Shown here: positions 50,274-59,838 of the stretch, piece after piece
Position numbering within the stretch: position 1 is the first letter of the stretch
How the letters are laid out: every line of letters starts with the position of its first letter
The notes under the pieces: generated by a model
Database searches by the model: none
Seen by the model: the letters and a program-made list of their open reading frames with translations, nothing else
Told to the model about the DNA's origin: nothing
Translations under genes and position numbers: made by a program
Assembly: GCA_963717775.1 (NCBI GenBank)
Contig: CAVQWZ010000025.1
Coordinates: 131,026 to 195,025 of the forward strand
Direction of reading: 5' to 3'
DNA from: an uncultured delta proteobacterium
GTDB taxonomy: Bacteria > Desulfobacterota > Desulfuromonadia > Geobacterales > Geobacteraceae
DNA length: 64,000 nt

Positions 50274-50540
50274 ATGAAAACTCAATTTACAATTACTCTA
50301 ATACAACTGTACGGAGACAGAGAGAACTTCGGCGCAAATCTCGTAATAAATGATGAATTTTTAATTCATTACGATATGGATGGCAAATTTTCTGTGCCAA
50401 ACTCAAAGCTGGCTTGCTGGCGCGATAATGATGCTCAGGATTACGCTTCTGATAATTACGATGCAGACAAAATAGCTGAAGCAACGAGCGCGGTCGACGC
50501 CATAGAAGAAGCCAAGGAATTTACCTCAAATTGGTTTTGA
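50274..50540 (+). CDS. hypothetical protein
   Basis: 88-aa ORF with RBS GGGGAGAG upstream. AT-rich, acidic. No family recognised. Confidence 0.5.
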   Translation: MKTQFTITLIQLYGDRENFGANLVINDEFLIHYDMDGKFSVPNSKLACWRDNDAQDYASDNYDADKIAEATSAVDAIEEAKEFTSNWF

Positions 50541-50651
50541 CCACGTATCAGATTTTCAGAACTGATAATGCAGGGGCCGTTCGGAGTCTGGCAAGCGTAT
50601 CCATAATTACGCCTTAACTTTCAGCCAAAATAGTCCCTGAAAGGAAAACAC

Positions 50652-51002
50652 ATGTATAAGGTAAAATATCAAGAAGCAGGTTTAGTAGAAATGAACAATG
50701 AAATTGCCAAGGGAATTACCGCAAGGGTTGCAATAGGAAAGGCCAACGGGGCCAGCAATTTTTGCATGCGCGTTTTCGAGATTTCGCCCGGTGGCCATAC
50801 TCCCAAACATACCCATGCCTGGGAACACGAAATATTCGTGCATAGTGGTACCGGCGAGATCTTCGGGAATCAGGAATGGAACAGCTTCAAAACCGGCGAT
50901 GTTGTCCTTGTGCCCGGCAATGAAGAGCATCAGATAAAAAACAGCGGAAGCGAGACGTTGACATTTATATGTCTGGTCCCCTCCAGTGCCCCTGAACTCT
51001 AA
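50652..51002 (+). CDS. cupin-domain protein
   Basis: 116 aa. GGHTPKHTHAWEHEIFVHSGTGEI (G-x5-H-x-H-x3,4-E motif 1) and GDVVLVPGNEEHQIKN (motif 2). Confidence 0.82.
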   Translation: MYKVKYQEAGLVEMNNEIAKGITARVAIGKANGASNFCMRVFEISPGGHTPKHTHAWEHEIFVHSGTGEIFGNQEWNSFKTGDVVLVPGNEEHQIKNSGSETLTFICLVPSSAPEL

Positions 51003-51028
51003 CTGTCGGCAGTCAGCTTGGAAACCGC

Positions 51029-51065
51029 TAGTTTCACATCCGGTGTTTCTGGATGGAAACTAACT
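51029..51065 (+). repeat. hairpin element copy 3 (GTTTCT-GGAT-GGAAAC core plus flanking partial inverted copy)
   Basis: TTTCTGGATGGAAACTAACTA (51046-51066) matches the minus strand of copy 1 at 58858-58878 at 19/21 positions. 51029-51041 can also pair with 51051-51062 (12 bp, one bulge). Confidence 0.7.
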
Positions 51066-51225
51066 AGAGTCACTTCACTGTTTTTCAAGGAAAGTTGCTA
51101 AGTATCCCTGTCGGTTCAAGATAGCAACATAGGACAGTTATGGATTTCTCAGTTGCAATGAAAGGTCTACCTGCTAATATCCATTCAAACGTCAGGCGTT
51201 TTCGGATGCCGGAAAGGGGGCAATA

Positions 51226-51492
51226 TTGCATTTTTTACAGATACTATGGGAGGGAATAGGTGGTCTTGGGGTTGGCACTGTGATCCTCAAAGCGCTGTTT
51301 ATCCTTGTTCTATGTGCAACATTCTGGGTGTTTTGCGAACTGGTCAAATATATAGTGAATATTTTTTCGAAACTGGCAGTGGAGGCAATGCGCTACCTTG
51401 TTGTTCTTGTACGGGGTTGGCCCCAAAATGCCGAAGAGGAAAAAGAGAGGCAGGAAAAGGTTTGGAGCAGTGACAAAAAAGGCATGCGCTAA
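51226..51492 (+). CDS. hypothetical small membrane protein
   Basis: 88 aa from a TTG start with RBS AGGGGG 5 nt upstream. One or two TM segments (GIGGLGVGTVILKALFILVLCATFWVF) and a charged C-terminus. Confidence 0.5.
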   Translation: MHFLQILWEGIGGLGVGTVILKALFILVLCATFWVFCELVKYIVNIFSKLAVEAMRYLVVLVRGWPQNAEEEKERQEKVWSSDKKGMR

Positions 51493-51775
51493 GGCTTGAT
51501 TACTGTCTGCAAAGCAAGCGCAATGGGTGACCCCAATGCCTTTACATCGCTTTTACGGCTGCAATCCTATCTCAGCGGGGCTGAGAAGAATAGATTTGGC
51601 CTGCCAGGTCAAAGGCAATAGGGGCAGGTTCGTATTATTTGCTGTTTGCGGGTCAGAGTGTTATCACCTATACGGCAGTTCAGTAAAGGTTTACAGTTAG
51701 AACACTTTTCACCCTCGTTAAATCCGGGAATCCAAGACGGATGCTACACTAACTCCGTCGTATACGAGGATTCCC

Positions 51776-53032
51776 ATGTCTGTAATCCCGTTTCTCCCTA
51801 TCCAGCCCGATCCCGGCTTGCTGCTCCAGCAGCAGCATATCGAATCCAATCGCCGTGAATACGGTCTTCAGTATGACCTGCTGACTTTTGCCAACCCTGA
51901 ACAACTCATCGCCGCCAATGCCGAACGTAAGGATTTGCTGCGCTGGCTTGGACAGCACGCTGCTTTCGGTTATGCCGACACCAAGGTGGATTGCAACGGC
52001 CTCTCCCCCGGCTGTCGCAGTTGTGGTGAAGGGGGCTGGTCATGCCTGTTCATCAACGGCCGTTGTAATGGCCAGTGTTTCTACTGTCCCACCCCACAGG
52101 ATGATGACGGCCCGCCGGTGACCAACGGTATTGCATTTGCCTCCCCGGAGGAGTATGCCGCCTATGTGGCTGTCATGGGGTTTAGCGGCGTCAGCATCAG
52201 CGGCGGTGAACCGCTGCTTACCCCCGAATTGACGCTGGCCTATCTGGCTGCTGTGCGTCAACGTTGCGGCGATGCCGTGCATCTCTGGATGTACACCAAC
52301 GGCACCATGCTGACAGCTAATCTGTGCAAGCGGCTTTTGAATGCCGGTCTGAACGAAATTCGTTTCGACCTGGGCGCGGTCCGCTATAACCTTAAGAAAC
52401 TGCGGCTGGCGGTGGGGTGCATACCGACGGTGACGGTGGAGATACCGGCGGTGCCGGAGGATGAAACTCTGCTGAGGCTGAAGATGGTGGAAATGGCCGA
52501 AGCGGGGGTAGATCATCTCAATCTCCACCAGATGCGCCTGACTCCCCATAATTTTGCCCCTTTGACCGAGCGTAGGTACACCTTTATCCACGGCGAGAAG
52601 GTCACACTGCTGGAATCGGAGCTGTGTGCATTGCGGAGTGTCAGATTTGGGCTGGAACAAAAAATTAAGCTGCCGGTCAACTACTGTTCATTTCCCTACA
52701 AGCGGCGCTTCCAGCGTGCCGCTGCCCGTCGGCGCGCGGCCTTGCCGGTTTGTACCGGGGTAGAAGTCGTGACGGAAGCGGGGTATCTCCGGACCCTCTC
52801 AGAATCCGGGGTTCGCTACAGCGAGGCTGTGCTGCTGCAAAATCCCAGCTACCGTCATCCGTTTGAGAAGATCACGCTGGAAACAGGGCGTTCCCTGTAT
52901 CTGGAGCGGCGGCCGCAAATATCGGAGCAGAAGTTGACTACTCTAGAACGGAGTGATCTGGAGGCCGGACGTCCGCCGGAGCGGTTGGTTCGTTTTGAGC
53001 GGATCGAGAGCGGCCTGGCTGAATATTTCTAA
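51776..53032 (+). CDS. radical SAM protein with N-terminal extension and extra Cys cluster
   Basis: 418 aa. CNGQCFYC (CX3CX2C) preceded by CNGLSPGCRSCGEGGWSC. SAM-binding ISGGEPLL. TIM-barrel-like periodicity. No SPASM-like C-terminal Cys motifs seen. Confidence 0.85.
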   Translation: MSVIPFLPIQPDPGLLLQQQHIESNRREYGLQYDLLTFANPEQLIAANAERKDLLRWLGQHAAFGYADTKVDCNGLSPGCRSCGEGGWSCLFINGRCNGQCFYCPTPQDDDGPPVTNGIAFASPEEYAAYVAVMGFSGVSISGGEPLLTPELTLAYLAAVRQRCGDAVHLWMYTNGTMLTANLCKRLLNAGLNEIRFDLGAVRYNLKKLRLAVGCIPTVTVEIPAVPEDETLLRLKMVEMAEAGVDHLNLHQMRLTPHNFAPLTERRYTFIHGEKVTLLESELCALRSVRFGLEQKIKLPVNYCSFPYKRRFQRAAARRRAALPVCTGVEVVTEAGYLRTLSESGVRYSEAVLLQNPSYRHPFEKITLETGRSLYLERRPQISEQKLTTLERSDLEAGRPPERLVRFERIESGLAEYF

Positions 53033-53168
53033 TTTTATGATTTTCCGAGGGCATAGGGGGTAGGGGGGCAACCCCTTTACCACAACAGCTTCCCGGAACA
53101 TTATCGGTAGTGAGCTAAAACCATCGCCAAAAGCAAACAGATCAACCCTCAGCATGAATGCAGCCAGG

Positions 53169-56100
53169 TCAACGAGGAACCCGATGAAAGAATATTTTTA
53201 CCCTTTCAACCATATCCTCAAAGAGCGAGTAAAAGATAGGCACATACAGCAGCGTCAGGAACGTCGAGACCATCAGCCCACCGATGGCCACCACCGCCAA
53301 AGGTGAAAGCCGTTCCAGGCCTATAGCCCACTCCATGGCGATGGGAATCATACCGACCGCTGTGCCAAAGGCGGTCATCAGGATCGGGCGGGTCCTGACC
53401 CGCACGCTCTCCCTGAGCGCATCATAGGTTGACATCCCCTGCTCTTTGGCCATCTCGATGAAGTCGATCAAGAGGATGGAGTTTTTGACCACGATTCCGG
53501 ACAAAAGGATCAGCCCCATGAATGAAGCCATGGACTGGTGCTTGCCGGAAACCAGCATCGACCAACTCGCCCCGATCATGGCCAGAGGAATGGCAACCAT
53601 GATCGTGAGAGGATTGATGAACGATCTGAAGGCCGGGATCAGGGAGAAGTAGAGCAGCACCATGCCAATCATCAGCGCCGACATGAGGGCTGAGAATGAC
53701 TCCTTGGCCTGTTTGGCGTCTCCTTCCTGAGAGATGGAGTAGCCCGGTGGGAGCTTCAACCCTTTGAGCGCCGCCTGGACATTGTCCATAATGTGGGAAA
53801 CCGCCGCTTTTTCCCGGTAACCGAAGACATCAATGGTATTCTGCATGCTCTGGCGGGTCAGCAGCATCGGCACGTAAGAGCTGGTGATACTGCCCAGTGC
53901 AGAAAGCGGTACCTCACCCAGTGGGGTCTTTACTTTCAGCTGTGGCATCTCGGCCACGCTGTCCCGCTGCGAGGCATCATAACGGGCACGGATCAGGAAG
54001 CCGTCCTCGCCGGCGACCCGAAAAAGGGAAGCAGCCCCGCCTTGGACGGCGGCCTGCACCTGGGCGGCGATATCCTTGGGTGAGATACCATACAGGGCAC
54101 ATTTTTCATGGCTGGCGATGAAATTTATCTCCTTCTTATCGGCGGTCCAGGAGAGGGAAACCGACTTGAGACCCCGGACGGTTTCCAGCCGTTGCCGGAT
54201 ATCACGGCCGATACCGGCCAGCACCTGTGGATCGGGGCCGCTCACCATTACGTCCACGGTGGAGCGGATGGATGAGAGGGGGGTGGCGCCGTAGTCGAAG
54301 ACATCCACCGACTTCATCCCCGGAATCATCAGAAACTTGCGACGCATGTCGTCTTCAATCTGCCACATGGTCTGTTTGCGGTGAAACCGGTCCACCAGGT
54401 TGATGGTGATGTTTCCCTGCTGAGGGTTCTTGCCGCTGCCGAATGAGACAACCGAAGGCTCCGACCCCAGGGTGGAGCTGATGGCGACAACCCCTTCTTC
54501 ACTGTTGATGATCTTCTCCATCCGGGAGAGAATGACATTGGTCTGGGACAGGGAGGAGTTGCTGTCCGCTTCGAAGTTGATCTTGACGATGCCGGTATCC
54601 ATGGGAGGCATGACATCCTTGCCGATAAGGGGTGTCACGATCTTGCCGCTGATAACCAACAGCAGAAAGGCCGGCAACAGGAACATCAGGCGGTGCTTGA
54701 GGGCGTAGCCGAGGATGTTGGTAAAAAAGTCCCGGATAGTGCCGACAAACCGGTCGCTTCCCCGTTTGACAATCCGCTCGAAACGGTTCTCTTTTGCCCC
54801 TTTCTTTAGGATGAACGGCGCCAGGATCGGGATGATAGTCACCGAGACGACATATGAGGCAACCAGTGCAATAGTGAGCGACAGTGACAGGGGGCGGAGC
54901 ACGGTCTGAACATACCCGCCGATGAAGATGATCGGCAGCAGCACGACGATGGTGGCGTAGGTGCCGGAGAAGATGGCGAGCATCACTTCCTCAGTACTTC
55001 CGGCAACCAGCTCGGTTAGATCCCTGTCAGACTCATGGTAGTGGCGCTCGATGTTCTCGATTACCACAATCGCGTCATCCAGCAGCATCCCCACCGCCAG
55101 GATCACCCCTGTGAGCGTTACCATATGGAACTCGAACCCAAACAGCCACATGACGGCAAAGGTAATCAGATAGGTAAAGGGAATCGAGATGGCACAGAGC
55201 AGCATGGTGCGTAGATTCCCCAGGAACAGGAAGATCACAATGATGGTGATAATAATTGCGTCCCTGAGCGCCACCAACATGTTGTCGACACTCCGCTCGA
55301 TCAGGTCTTTCTGGGTATAACTAACCGCGAAGTTGATGAATGGGTATTCTTTTTTCAGGGTGGGGAGATTCGCCTCGGTCGAGTGGATCGAATCCAGTGT
55401 GTGGCCGTTTTGAGCCCGTAGGATATTGATGCCGATCGCCTCCACGCCGTTGCCATGGTAGGCTGACTGAGATTCCTGCACCCCGGCTGAAACCTTGGCC
55501 ACGTCGCGCAAATGGACCGAACCCCCATCTTTGCGGGAGATAATCAGTTCGCTCAACTCCTCAGGCTTTTTTACCTCACCGGAGGTCTTGAACAGATATT
55601 GCCCCTCTTTGCGGATAATCAATCCCTGCGGAATGTTCTGGTTTTGTGCGGCCAGCGCCCCCATTACATCTACCATGCTCACCCCGAAGCGGGTCAGCTG
55701 GTCCTGATCAACAGTGACTGCCACCTCTGGCTGATTGGCGCCAAACACTTCAACGTTGGCGACATCGGGAAGACGCAGAAGCTCTTCCTTGATCTGGTTG
55801 TCGGCCAACTCACGTATTTTGCGCAGATCAACCGGAAAACCGGCTTTAGGGGAAAGAGAAAGGGTCATGGTCGGCTGGGTTGCCTGGCTGATCTTGAAGA
55901 TCTGTGGCGGTCTGATCCCTTGGGGAAGCCGGGCGCTTACTTTGCTGAGCGCGTTGGCCACGTCGGTGGCGGCGGCGTCCAACCCCTTGTCATACTGAAA
56001 CTCGGCAGTCACCACCGAGACCTCATCCTTGGAGGTGGAGGTAACCCGCCGAACCATATCGATGGTGGAGAGTTCCTTCTCAATGGTGCGGGTGATGTCG

Positions 56101-56282
56101 GATTCCACATCAGTGGAAGCGGCACCCGGCATGACCGTTATCACGCTGATCTGGGGCCGGTCGGTATCAGGAAAAAGATTAAACGGCATCTTGTGGTAGC
56201 CGATGATCCCCATCATAGCAAAGAGCAGGACCACCGACAGCACCAGGTGCGGTTTTTTTATATACTGTTCTACAAACTTCAT
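53169..56282 (-). CDS. RND efflux transporter permease (AcrB/CzcA superfamily)
   Basis: 1037 aa, 12-TM/2-large-loop architecture. MKFVEQYIKKPHLVLSVVLL... start and conserved TM4 region LTGVILAVGMLLDDAIVVIENIERH. Confidence 0.95.
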   Translation of the reverse strand: MKFVEQYIKKPHLVLSVVLLFAMMGIIGYHKMPFNLFPDTDRPQISVITVMPGAASTDVESDITRTIEKELSTIDMVRRVTSTSKDEVSVVTAEFQYDKGLDAAATDVANALSKVSARLPQGIRPPQIFKISQATQPTMTLSLSPKAGFPVDLRKIRELADNQIKEELLRLPDVANVEVFGANQPEVAVTVDQDQLTRFGVSMVDVMGALAAQNQNIPQGLIIRKEGQYLFKTSGEVKKPEELSELIISRKDGGSVHLRDVAKVSAGVQESQSAYHGNGVEAIGINILRAQNGHTLDSIHSTEANLPTLKKEYPFINFAVSYTQKDLIERSVDNMLVALRDAIIITIIVIFLFLGNLRTMLLCAISIPFTYLITFAVMWLFGFEFHMVTLTGVILAVGMLLDDAIVVIENIERHYHESDRDLTELVAGSTEEVMLAIFSGTYATIVVLLPIIFIGGYVQTVLRPLSLSLTIALVASYVVSVTIIPILAPFILKKGAKENRFERIVKRGSDRFVGTIRDFFTNILGYALKHRLMFLLPAFLLLVISGKIVTPLIGKDVMPPMDTGIVKINFEADSNSSLSQTNVILSRMEKIINSEEGVVAISSTLGSEPSVVSFGSGKNPQQGNITINLVDRFHRKQTMWQIEDDMRRKFLMIPGMKSVDVFDYGATPLSSIRSTVDVMVSGPDPQVLAGIGRDIRQRLETVRGLKSVSLSWTADKKEINFIASHEKCALYGISPKDIAAQVQAAVQGGAASLFRVAGEDGFLIRARYDASQRDSVAEMPQLKVKTPLGEVPLSALGSITSSYVPMLLTRQSMQNTIDVFGYREKAAVSHIMDNVQAALKGLKLPPGYSISQEGDAKQAKESFSALMSALMIGMVLLYFSLIPAFRSFINPLTIMVAIPLAMIGASWSMLVSGKHQSMASFMGLILLSGIVVKNSILLIDFIEMAKEQGMSTYDALRESVRVRTRPILMTAFGTAVGMIPIAMEWAIGLERLSPLAVVAIGGLMVSTFLTLLYVPIFYSLFEDMVERVKIFFHRVPR

Positions 56283-57472
56283 GGTTTGGCTCCCACTGTG
56301 GCTGCAGGGACCGTCTTGTCTGTGACGACCGGTGCACTAGCATTTTTCGACACCGGAGTGACCGTGCCACCCTCAATCAAAGTTAACAGCCTGTTTTCCT
56401 GGGCCACGGCCACCCGCTCGCCCGGATGAAGATCACCACTCACCGCCGCCGTGCCGTTTTCCATGCCCAACAACGTGACCGGCCGCAGATGAACCGTGCT
56501 ACCGGTAACAACATAGATGAATGCCTGCTTACCGTTTTTAACTACCGCCTGGTCAGGAACGATCAGACCGGTTGCTTTCCGGGCCACCAGATCAACCCCG
56601 ACTGTTGAATCGGCGGGGAGCCTGAAAGGGGCCACAGGTACAATCATTTCAACAGTTGCCAGCATACTTTTCCCCAGCGCCGGATATATCCTGTTCACCC
56701 GTGTGGAAAGGCGCTGATCGCCGTTTGTCAGGTAAACCTGGGTTCCGGTTTGGAGCGTAGCAAGTTCTTCCTGAGGCACTTGGATAAGCACCTTGAACGG
56801 AGCAATCTTGTCAATAGTCAGAATCGGCTTGCCCGGGACCGCCAGATCTCCTGGTTCATTCCAACGCTTGGAGACCACACCGTCAAATGGCGCGTAAATT
56901 CGGGCATACCCCGCTTGAATTTTGGCCACATTGGTATTCATGGCCAGCCCCTTTAAACTCTCGTTATAGGCGTTAACCACTGATCTGGTTGCGTCCCTGG
57001 CTGCACGGGAGTGCTCCAACGCCTCCTGCGAAATGGCCCCTGACTTGTACAATAGTTGATCTCGTTCGTACACCGCCTTCTGTGTCTCATAGGCACTCCG
57101 GGCACCGGCCAGTTTCTGACGGGTGGCCAACACCTCGGAATTCACTGCTATGGTCCGGTCCTGCAGCTCTCGCGCATCAATGGCAACAAGGAGCTCACCT
57201 TTACGGACCGGATCTCCCTCCCGCTTGGCAATACTGAGAATATTGCCGGAGATACGCGCCGAGAGGTCACTTCTGACAAACGGCACAATAGTTCCCAAAT
57301 AGTGGGCGGTCACCTCAAGTGTGCCCTGTGTCACCGGTACAACCTGCACGGCAGGCGGTGACAGTTGAGGAGGCGCAAGGCGGGCAATTTCCCTTTTCTT
57401 CCAGACGACAAGAAGAGCTCCGGCCACGACCAGGACAATCACAATTAGAATAAAGACGCTTTTTCGTTTCAT
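56279..57472 (-). CDS. RND efflux periplasmic adaptor (membrane fusion protein)
   Basis: 397 aa. N-terminal anchor, alpha-hairpin, barrel-sandwich lipoyl-like halves (IYAPFDGVVSKR). 4-nt overlaps with both neighbours. Confidence 0.92.
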   Translation of the reverse strand: MKRKSVFILIVIVLVVAGALLVVWKKREIARLAPPQLSPPAVQVVPVTQGTLEVTAHYLGTIVPFVRSDLSARISGNILSIAKREGDPVRKGELLVAIDARELQDRTIAVNSEVLATRQKLAGARSAYETQKAVYERDQLLYKSGAISQEALEHSRAARDATRSVVNAYNESLKGLAMNTNVAKIQAGYARIYAPFDGVVSKRWNEPGDLAVPGKPILTIDKIAPFKVLIQVPQEELATLQTGTQVYLTNGDQRLSTRVNRIYPALGKSMLATVEMIVPVAPFRLPADSTVGVDLVARKATGLIVPDQAVVKNGKQAFIYVVTGSTVHLRPVTLLGMENGTAAVSGDLHPGERVAVAQENRLLTLIEGGTVTPVSKNASAPVVTDKTVPAATVGAKP

Positions 57473-58791
57473 TTGAGATATTCCTCCAGAGTTCCGTTCG
57501 CCTTGCGCCAGGCGACCTGGGCAGCGGTGTAATCAAAAATGGCCTGACTCAGGTTTGCTTCTGCCGTCATATCCGCTGATTGGGCGAGCAACAGATCGCT
57601 CATGGTGCCGGCGCCTGCTCCGTATTTCTGCTGTTCAATCCGAAAAGACTCATGCGCCTGTTCGATGGCCTGACGAGCCGTGGTCACCCTGTTGGCGCTT
57701 TCGCGCAGAGATGCGTCTGCGGTTGTCAGGTCAAGCCGCAACTGCTGCTCCACAACCGCTTGCCGCGCAGCGGATTTCTCCTTCAGGATCGTGTCACGGC
57801 GGAATTCTGCATACAGTGAACGCTCAAAGAGCGGGATGCTTACCTGTAGTCCGAAATACCAGTTTGCCTCCTTGTACCAGGGTGAAAATCCGGCCTGATC
57901 GGCATAGCCTGCCACCGCGTTAACAGTTGGAAGAAACTTGCCGAAGGTGATCCTGCGGGTTTGTTCCGCCTCTTTAACGCCAAGAAGGGCAGCCTGATAT
58001 TCAGGTCGGGCGTTCCAGGGCTTTATGGCATCAGGCGAAGTAGTAGTGGTTGTGACGTTTGGCATGGTCAGGGGATCAGCCAGTACGAGCGGTTCTCTGT
58101 TAGTCGAGGGATCATCACCCATCAGGTAGCGCAGCGTCGCGCCGGTTGTGGCCAGCGCCTCATCAATCGTCAACTGACGCTGTAGTTCATTTGCCAGTTG
58201 CACCTCAACCTTCAGCAGATCAACCCGGGCGATGCGTCCAACATCGAACAACAGCCTGGCGTTATTCTTTTGTGTTTCAAGCGCCTTGACAGTGGCGGCA
58301 GAAGCTGCCCGGAGCTGTTGCAACTGTAACAGTTTGTGATACGTGTTAACGGTGTTGGCGATCATCTCGTTTCTGGTCTGTGAAAGGGAGAGTTGCTGCA
58401 GGTTGCGGCGCACGCTAGATAATCGCACATTGGCGGCCATCTGCCCCCCCTGGTAGATTGGCAATGTCAGAAGCAGTCCAAGCGAGGCATAGTCATCGCT
58501 GAACCGGGCCGGAATCAACGTGGACTGGGCCGGGATATAGGGGACCGGATCCTGGCGCCGATTATAGTCGAAAGTAAGGGAGAGTTTCGGCCAGTGTTTT
58601 CCCTGGCTGCCGGCTATTCCCTCTTCGCTCGCGTCAACTCCAAGATGAGCTTCTGTCATGAGCGGGTTCCGCTCCAGCGCCCGATTGAGGGCATCTTGGA
58701 GTGTAAGTCCTTCGTCTGCGAATGCAGACATTGCATAGGAAAGAGCAAAAAGCAGTACTACGATAATTTGAAGAATTCGGTTTGTTTTCAT
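57469..58791 (-). CDS. TolC-family outer membrane efflux protein
   Basis: Start moved to ATG 58791 (MKTNRILQIIVVLLFALSYAMSAFA signal peptide). Two OEP repeats (LTLQDALNRALERNP...). The upstream 37 codons of the track ORF overlap a repeat element and are probably not coding. Confidence 0.9.
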   Translation of the reverse strand: MKTNRILQIIVVLLFALSYAMSAFADEGLTLQDALNRALERNPLMTEAHLGVDASEEGIAGSQGKHWPKLSLTFDYNRRQDPVPYIPAQSTLIPARFSDDYASLGLLLTLPIYQGGQMAANVRLSSVRRNLQQLSLSQTRNEMIANTVNTYHKLLQLQQLRAASAATVKALETQKNNARLLFDVGRIARVDLLKVEVQLANELQRQLTIDEALATTGATLRYLMGDDPSTNREPLVLADPLTMPNVTTTTTSPDAIKPWNARPEYQAALLGVKEAEQTRRITFGKFLPTVNAVAGYADQAGFSPWYKEANWYFGLQVSIPLFERSLYAEFRRDTILKEKSAARQAVVEQQLRLDLTTADASLRESANRVTTARQAIEQAHESFRIEQQKYGAGAGTMSDLLLAQSADMTAEANLSQAIFDYTAAQVAWRKANGTLEEYLK

Positions 58792-58853
58792 ATGGTATCC
58801 AGTGTTTGTACTATATCCAGGCAAGAGATCCTCCCTTGCCTGGGTTTCAGTTT

Positions 58854-58885
58854 TGTACTTAGTTTCCATCCGGAAACGGTCTTTT
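58854..58885 (-). repeat. hairpin element copy 1 (GTTTCC-GGAT-GGAAAC core) in the RND operon leader
   Basis: Plus strand TGTACTTAGTTTCCATCCGGAAACGGTCTTTTT. About 32-nt direct repeat of 59259-59292. Lies 63-94 nt upstream of the TolC-family start. Confidence 0.8.
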
Positions 58886-59258
58886 TGCCCTGACTGCGTC
58901 AATCATCGGTTTTGTTTGTGCGACGTACAGTATCCGTCTCCGCACAATCCCTTGATTTTGACTCGTTCGCAGGTTTCACCGTCTTTGACAAAACACTTCC
59001 ATTCGACCTGCAGTTTTTTCATAACCCATTGCGTCCAGCACATAAACCTGACGATATACCACTATATGATTATATACTCATATGTCAATTGAATTACCCC
59101 AAGGCTGCAATAGGAAAAGACAACGGTAAGTAATGGTAGCAGGCTTTAACTGTTTGATAATTCATGCAAAATGTGGATGTTTACCTGTTTTGTCTGTCTT
59201 GGGAATACAGAAAGATCGTGAAAAATAAAAGAGGACAAGCCTGACATGATCACCGCAA

Positions 59259-59292
59259 TGTACTTAGTTTTCATCCGAAAACGGTCTTTTTT
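59259..59292 (-). repeat. hairpin element copy 2 (GTTTTC-GGAT-GAAAAC core)
   Basis: Plus strand TGTACTTAGTTTTCATCCGAAAACGGTCTTTTTT. Differs from copy 1 at exactly the two positions that pair in the stem (C-G becomes T-A). Confidence 0.8.
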
Positions 59293-59505
59293 CGCGCGTT
59301 AGTTGCTATGTAGTATTCAATGTGCCAAGGTCGCTGAATAGGCGACTTCCACCTTGGTAGGGAATTTGGGGGATGCCCGTTAGATATTTTATTTGCTGCT
59401 TCTCGTAGACTACACAATACCGAAGCGGCCACAGTGAAGGCAGTTACACTGTTTATTCATACATTGAAGTATTCAGTCAGTAAATTAAATTTCAGGAGTT
59501 ATTGC

Positions 59506-59838
59506 ATGATAAAAGCTATTTTAGCAGTAATTTTTACTGTATTTGTGTTTGGTACGATAGTAACAGGCTACGCAGCGCAGAGCGATTGGCGTGAGGAAAT
59601 ACGCTCCATGATTCAGGTGTCAAAGCAAAAGATTGAACATGGTATCAAACGTGGAACTCTCGACAGGCATGAAGCAAATAAGCTGAATGCAGAGTTGGGC
59701 ACTATTCTCAATAAGATTGACCGAATGAAAGCAGATGGATATTTCAATCAAAGAGAGCGGGATAATGTAATTTCTAAACTCGACAAATTGGACAGGGACA
59801 TTTTCAAAGAAAAGCATGCTGATAACCGAAGGCACTGA
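59506..59838 (+). CDS. hypothetical secreted/periplasmic small protein
   Basis: Start moved to ATG 59506 (RBS AGGAG). Signal peptide MIKAILAVIFTVFVFGTIVTGYAA, then a charged helical region. Terminator downstream. Confidence 0.6.
   Translation: MIKAILAVIFTVFVFGTIVTGYAAQSDWREEIRSMIQVSKQKIEHGIKRGTLDRHEANKLNAELGTILNKIDRMKADGYFNQRERDNVISKLDKLDRDIFKEKHADNRRH

Noticed and set aside
51246-51473. 75-aa Trp/Cys-rich ORF (MGGNRWSWGWHCDPQSAVYPCSMCN...CCSC...) just upstream of the radical SAM gene, tempting as a RiPP precursor.
   Set aside because: It is the +2 frame of the 51226-51492 ORF. That ORF has a good RBS (AGGGGG 5 nt before its TTG) and a coherent TM-helix profile. The Cys-rich frame has no RBS, and Cys/Trp-rich products are a common by-product of reading hydrophobic codons out of frame. 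It is worth re-examining only if ribosome profiling or conservation says otherwise.
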